DNA of 63,937 nucleotides, filler included, from Collodictyon triciliatum (taxonomy: Eukaryota), in assembly GCA_043381765.1 (NCBI GenBank). It is 12 parts of 12 records of this genome, joined end to end, with 100 filler letters (N's around TTAATTAATTAA, not from the genome) between each part and the next. Parts side by side here need not be neighbours in the genome. Positions count along the whole stretch, not along the records: positions 56,370 to 61,891 come from JBHJMP010005138.1; positions 61,992 to 63,937 come from JBHJMP010005249.1; 10 more parts are not named here. One strand, written 5' to 3'. Numbering within the stretch: the stretch's first letter is position 1; each line of letters opens with the position of its first letter. The notes under the pieces were generated by a model. It was given only the letters and a program-made list of their open reading frames with translations. It searched no databases and had not been told where the DNA came from. Shown piece by piece: positions 59,434-63,937 of this stretch. Both the position numbers and the translations under genes were made by a program.

Positions 59434-61401
59434 CTATTGCGCACTGGCATAATGCACGTCTGATTGGTTGGATGCAGTCGATTTGCGGTCGGAAGAAGGA
59501 GACGAGTAATACCCACTCATCCGCATAGCTCCAGACCAAGTCTGTCCCACTTTTCGGGCAACAGCCTCCACCCACGCTTTCTCTTCCTCCTATGCATGGA
59601 CAGCAGCACGCAAGTTAGCTCCCGTGTTTTCTCACAAGCGGATGGTAGGTACTACTGGACTTACCTCGTTCATGGCACACATAAAGTATTGCCTGTCCGG
59701 GGTTTTGATGCTGAATGCATAATTTCTGCCAACGTCTGAGGAGCAGCGTTCTACCGAGCCTTCTTTCAAGCATAAAATACCCTTTGGGTTCTCATCCTAG
59801 TTGAAGTATGTTGTTCCAAAAAAAAAATAATATAAATTTCACAATAAATCAACCAATCAACAGATCAATAAATGTATGACAATATTATTCAAGGAGATGG
59901 TGCCCAAAAATGTTACCCCTTTTTCTCCAAAGTAAAATAAGTAATTGTCCTTCAGTATAAACCATCTCTTCTTCCATGTTTTAATACTTTATATAAATAT
60001 TAAAGCAATAATTAAAGTCAATTTGAATTATTATCTACGCCATCCATTATTTTTTTCCCTTATTGTGGAGGGAGAAAGGTAAAAATTTAATTAAAGGAAA
60101 CCTTCCTCCTTGCTTAATCAAGTATCCTTCAATGTCAGGGTCGTGTAGTGCTTGCGGGTTCTGCAAAGAAATATAATTAATGCTTATCATCACGCCATTT
60201 CGCCCGATAGATTCTTGTCCCCAAAAGGATCTGCGGATTGCATACTTGAATATCGTTTTCATTTGTAATGATTAAGTTAAAGGGTGACCATGATGATATC
60301 CCCGAGTTCTTTTTCGTGAGACGGCTCACTTTTCTCTTTGTTAAATTGTTCCTTGGCCTGTCTGAGACAGTGAATCCAACTAATTATTTCCTATACCCAC
60401 CGCAAAACAAAACCGTTAGGAGCTAAGGTCACAGATGAGGCGATATTTTTATGTGACATATATTATGCGCCAATAACGATAAGTAACAACCGATATTTCT
60501 TCGTGCCAAATCTTGCACTCCCTTTCAGGAACCTTAATTAGTGCTCCATGACCTTCTACAAATAATAAATGAATAATAAGAGCATAAAATAAACAAATAA
60601 ACAAGGGAGTTGTATATGAACGAAGTGATTTGAGTTACGATATCAGATTTCTAGAAAATATAGCTACTTTTCTTTCCATCCTCGACGAATGTCACGGTCA
60701 AATCGCCGACTGGTAGAACTTCTGAGGCATATGAATCCTAGAAAGGTGAAATGAATGTGTTTGAATAGCGATCAAATACGAACTATCGATATTTTTAACT
60801 TAGTACATGTACGCCGTAAATTTATGTACAGAAAAAGACACTCTACTTTAGTATTATTTTTGATAAAATGGATCCCTACTGTTTTGTTGTGAAAGTACGA
60901 TAAGTTGTTGTCGCTTAAGACAAACCAACGCAAAAGCCATTTTTCTTTCTTTGCGGGATTGGATTTGTGCAGCCACCCTTGCGTCACAAACTATTTAAGA
61001 TGAAAAATAAGAGCCTCATTAACGTATTCAACTGAGGGGATTCCAACGAGAATGTGCAACAAACTTGCAAGGGCATTGATCCTGGAATGAACTCTCTCCG
61101 ATCATATTTTGCTTTTATGAAATTCTCTCGGATGAAACTAAAATGATGATGAAGCGCGACGAGACAATCCTTTTTCAGGTTTAAAGCTTGGGATGCTGTT
61201 GAATTTGTCACATGATAGGTTACATATGTAACAACAATATATTGTGGGCACATACTCATTGTCTGGCAGTTCTGTAGGGCGCATGTAAAATGCTGGAAGT
61301 TTCGCCTCCCAAAATCTGTTTGCCTCTTCGTTTCCTTTGCTTTCAATTGACTGTCGGTAGATGACAAAAAAATAAAAGGCGTAATACCCAAATAAAAATA
61401 A

Positions 61402-61449
<48 letters not shown>

Positions 61450-61680
61450 GCAAACAAGGCACTCAAATACTAGGGCTTCGAAGACATAGATAAATGGATG
61501 AATTTCGCTGAGAAAGATATGAGAGAAGAGTATCACAACCACAAACCATGATCTTAGCTTCGTCCCAATCCTTTGTCGAGAGAGCAATGACATTAGCAAA
61601 AACTGATCCCATTGCACGGTGAACTTTGCTGCATCGACTGCAGAGGAATATTCCGAGATCAATAGAGACATGTTCAACAT
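59434..61680 (-). CDS. ArfGAP with two PH domains (ADAP/centaurin-alpha-like); 5' truncated
   Basis: ArfGAP VSIDLGIFLCSRCSKVHRAMG, KGNEEANRFWEAKLP and RENFIKAKY; PH1 QGWLHK...WLLRWFVLSDNNLSYF; PH2 EGYLIKQGG...KTWKKRWFILKDNYLFYF...EEEKAWVEAV. Stop at 59434-59436. Confidence 0.9.
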
Positions 61681-61821
61681 CTGCAAATGATTTTTTCTTA
61701 GTTGAGCGCCGATGACAAGCGTCATTTAGCGAGAATGCTTTCTTTTATTTTCGACGAAAAAAATCGCACGGATTGGCACTTTCAGTCACGCTGAAGAGGT
61801 AGGTTTGGTGCATAAGTGAAT

Positions 61822-61891
<70 letters not shown>

Positions 61892-62168
61892 NNNNNNNNN
61901 NNNNNNNNNNNNNNNNNNNNNNNNNNNNNNNNNNNTTAATTAATTAANNNNNNNNNNNNNNNNNNNNNNNNNNNNNNNNNNNNNNNNNNNNTTTTTTTTT
62001 TTTTTTTAATTTTGGGTTTTTTTTTTTTCTTTTTTTTTTTTTTTTCTTTCGTTTTTTTTTTATTTCATGAAAGATTCTTCAGTATTTCCTGTTTTTCTAC
62101 TCCATGGAACTCGACCGTTCATTAAAATGGGATAGTAAAGGAATACACAGAACACTGAGACCATAGCC

Positions 62169-63617
62169 TTACAGTGTATATTGGCAGAGAAGAGGACGGT
62201 GATCGGAGAGGTCAAAATGATCCATGAAGTTCTGTTATGGAGAGGATGATAAAAGGAATACAGTTAATGAATATAATGAGCACGAGCACCGATTGTATGA
62301 ATAAAGCTTCAATAAAATAAGGAAAATTATAATAGAAAAACAAACTTGTTCGGTTATTCCCTCAGGCAATAGATATGCCTCCTTGGGTGTGATTATACGC
62401 TGGGATTCATGCGATTGTCCAATAAAAACAAAATCAACCGCCACTTCGAAACCGTTGTGGTTTATATGAGTCACTTCCGGTTCTTTACCATGGATGCTCT
62501 GAGTTAAAATATGTAGAAAGTCAATTTTTATACGAGCAGTTACCTCATCCTGCACAAAATTGAAAGGAAGAATAAAAAAAAAATACGAGCAGTTACCAAA
62601 ATCATTTTTCTTGAAAAAAAATGTATTGTCATGGTTGGAGAAAAACCTCGTGAGTGGAAGAATAACCCTTTTGCTTCAAATGCTGAATAACGTAGTCATC
62701 TGACTCTCCATTTAGGTCACCGGCGATGAAAACGGGTACGCCAGCAATAGAGTTCCTTTTGAGAAAAAAATAAAGAATACGTCCTCCAATTAAGTCATAT
62801 ATACATTTCGTCATAATTATATTGATATTAATACAATTATGATGACAATACATGATGTAAATATTTCGATGCCATTATTTGTCTCTACCTCGCAATATAA
62901 TCATCGGCATATTGACTGATTTTATTTATTTGTGTTTTTCTAAGCTTATGATCAAAGTCTCCGTGGGGGAATGTAAGGTGTGTGTTCAACACTAGGAACT
63001 GGATGTTGTAAACGAATTGTATCATCCAAGCGGATGTAATGTATAATTTATAGAATCAATTGTAAATATAAATAAAATGATACGTGAAAATTAAAACCGT
63101 AATGTGTATCATATCCATAGGTACATACGTTTCTTTCTTTGTGGGTGAGGTTCATGAGTAAAACAACACTGAAATGGCCGTTGCATAATAAAGTAATTTT
63201 TAGTATGTACAAATAGGCAATACAACTATTTACAGTAGCTTAAACAAATCTCCCAATTTTGCTAAAAAAAAAAAAAAAGGTAGTGAAACAAAGAAGACAA
63301 CCAAAATGTCATCGCTAGGTACGTATATGTCAAAAGTACTACAAAAAAATGCAAAAAGAGGCACGTAATTATTTGACTGGTTGAAGACAAGTATATATGG
63401 AACATGATATTAAGTACCGGTCTCCAGCATCTTGGAAACAAAATGGAGCCTCTTGATTAACCGAAATGTGTTTTGAGACGAGGGTGACTACTCCATCTTC
63501 TTTCAAATTGGTTCTCTTAAGGTAGTGCAAAGAGTAATTTGGGCGCATCATTTGCTCAAACTGTGCTACGTATTCTTCCGACTGCACCCAAAACTCTTGC
63601 AAACACACCACATCAGG
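62169..63617 (-). CDS. Endonuclease/exonuclease/phosphatase (EEP) family protein; 5' part beyond the window
   Basis: PDVVCLQE, LVLNTHL, VFIAGDLNG, VTHINHNGFEVAVDFVF and LSDHRPL in order; stop at 62169-62171. Confidence 0.9.
62545..62582 (+). mobile_element. Short poly(A)-tailed retroposed insert, family 2, in an intron of the EEP gene
   Basis: TCATCCTGCACAAAATTGAAAGGAAGAAT(A)n with a perfect 15-bp TSD atacgagcagttacc (62530-62544, 62583-62597). Confidence 0.88.
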
Positions 63618-63937
63618 CTGTGATTAAATGTTTGATTGGAAATATACATAAATTAACTCTAAGAGAAGCTAAATACCCATAACATATATGTATTTTCAAA
63701 AAAAAAAGCCAATAAAATAGATGGGTAAGGTCGATCATAGCCGACACGAAAAAAGAAAAAAGAAAAAAGTCAATGATAATCATGAAAAGTGATATTATTC
63801 ATTCTTTTCTTTATTTTTTCTTTTTCTTTTTTTTCTTTTTTTCTTTTTTTCTTTTTTTCTTTTTTTCTTTTTTTTCTTTTTTTTCTTTTTTTTCTTTTTT
63901 TCTTTTTTTCTTTTTTTTCTTTTTAATGCGCTTTTCT

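Overview
Intron-rich, microsatellite-rich eukaryotic (protist-like) genomic DNA in the standard genetic code. The window is not contiguous. It is 12 short scaffolds (about 5.5 kb each, the last cut by the window end) joined by an artificial N44-TTAATTAATTAA-N44 linker, so adjacency across a linker means nothing. Recognisable genes: two TPR proteins, a DDHD-type phospholipase A1, a TRIM-NHL E3 ligase, a VASt-domain protein, RPS19, an inactive trypsin-like protease, a cNMP-GRAM-cNMP protein, a beta-propeller protein, a double-CRD Frizzled/Smoothened-like GPCR, an intron-containing dCTP deaminase, an intronless 650-aa membrane protein, an F-box/WD40 protein, a LYR protein, a CAMTA-like protein, an ArfGAP with two PH domains and an EEP-family enzyme. 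This gene set is compatible with an amoebozoan but does not prove it. Three observations stand out: (1) a decayed Fanzor1 (eukaryotic TnpB-like RNA-guided nuclease) followed on the same strand by three hairpins and a possible pseudoknot that look like its omega-RNA scaffold; (2) two families of very short poly(A)-tailed retroposed inserts with 14-18 bp target-site duplications, one of them traceable to a LINE 3' end and cut at a nearly fixed point; (3) a scaffold with 74-nt identical ends, i.e. a 5466-bp circle or tandem amplicon carrying the dCTP deaminase and the intronless membrane gene. All protein family calls come from reading motifs by eye; no database searches were run.
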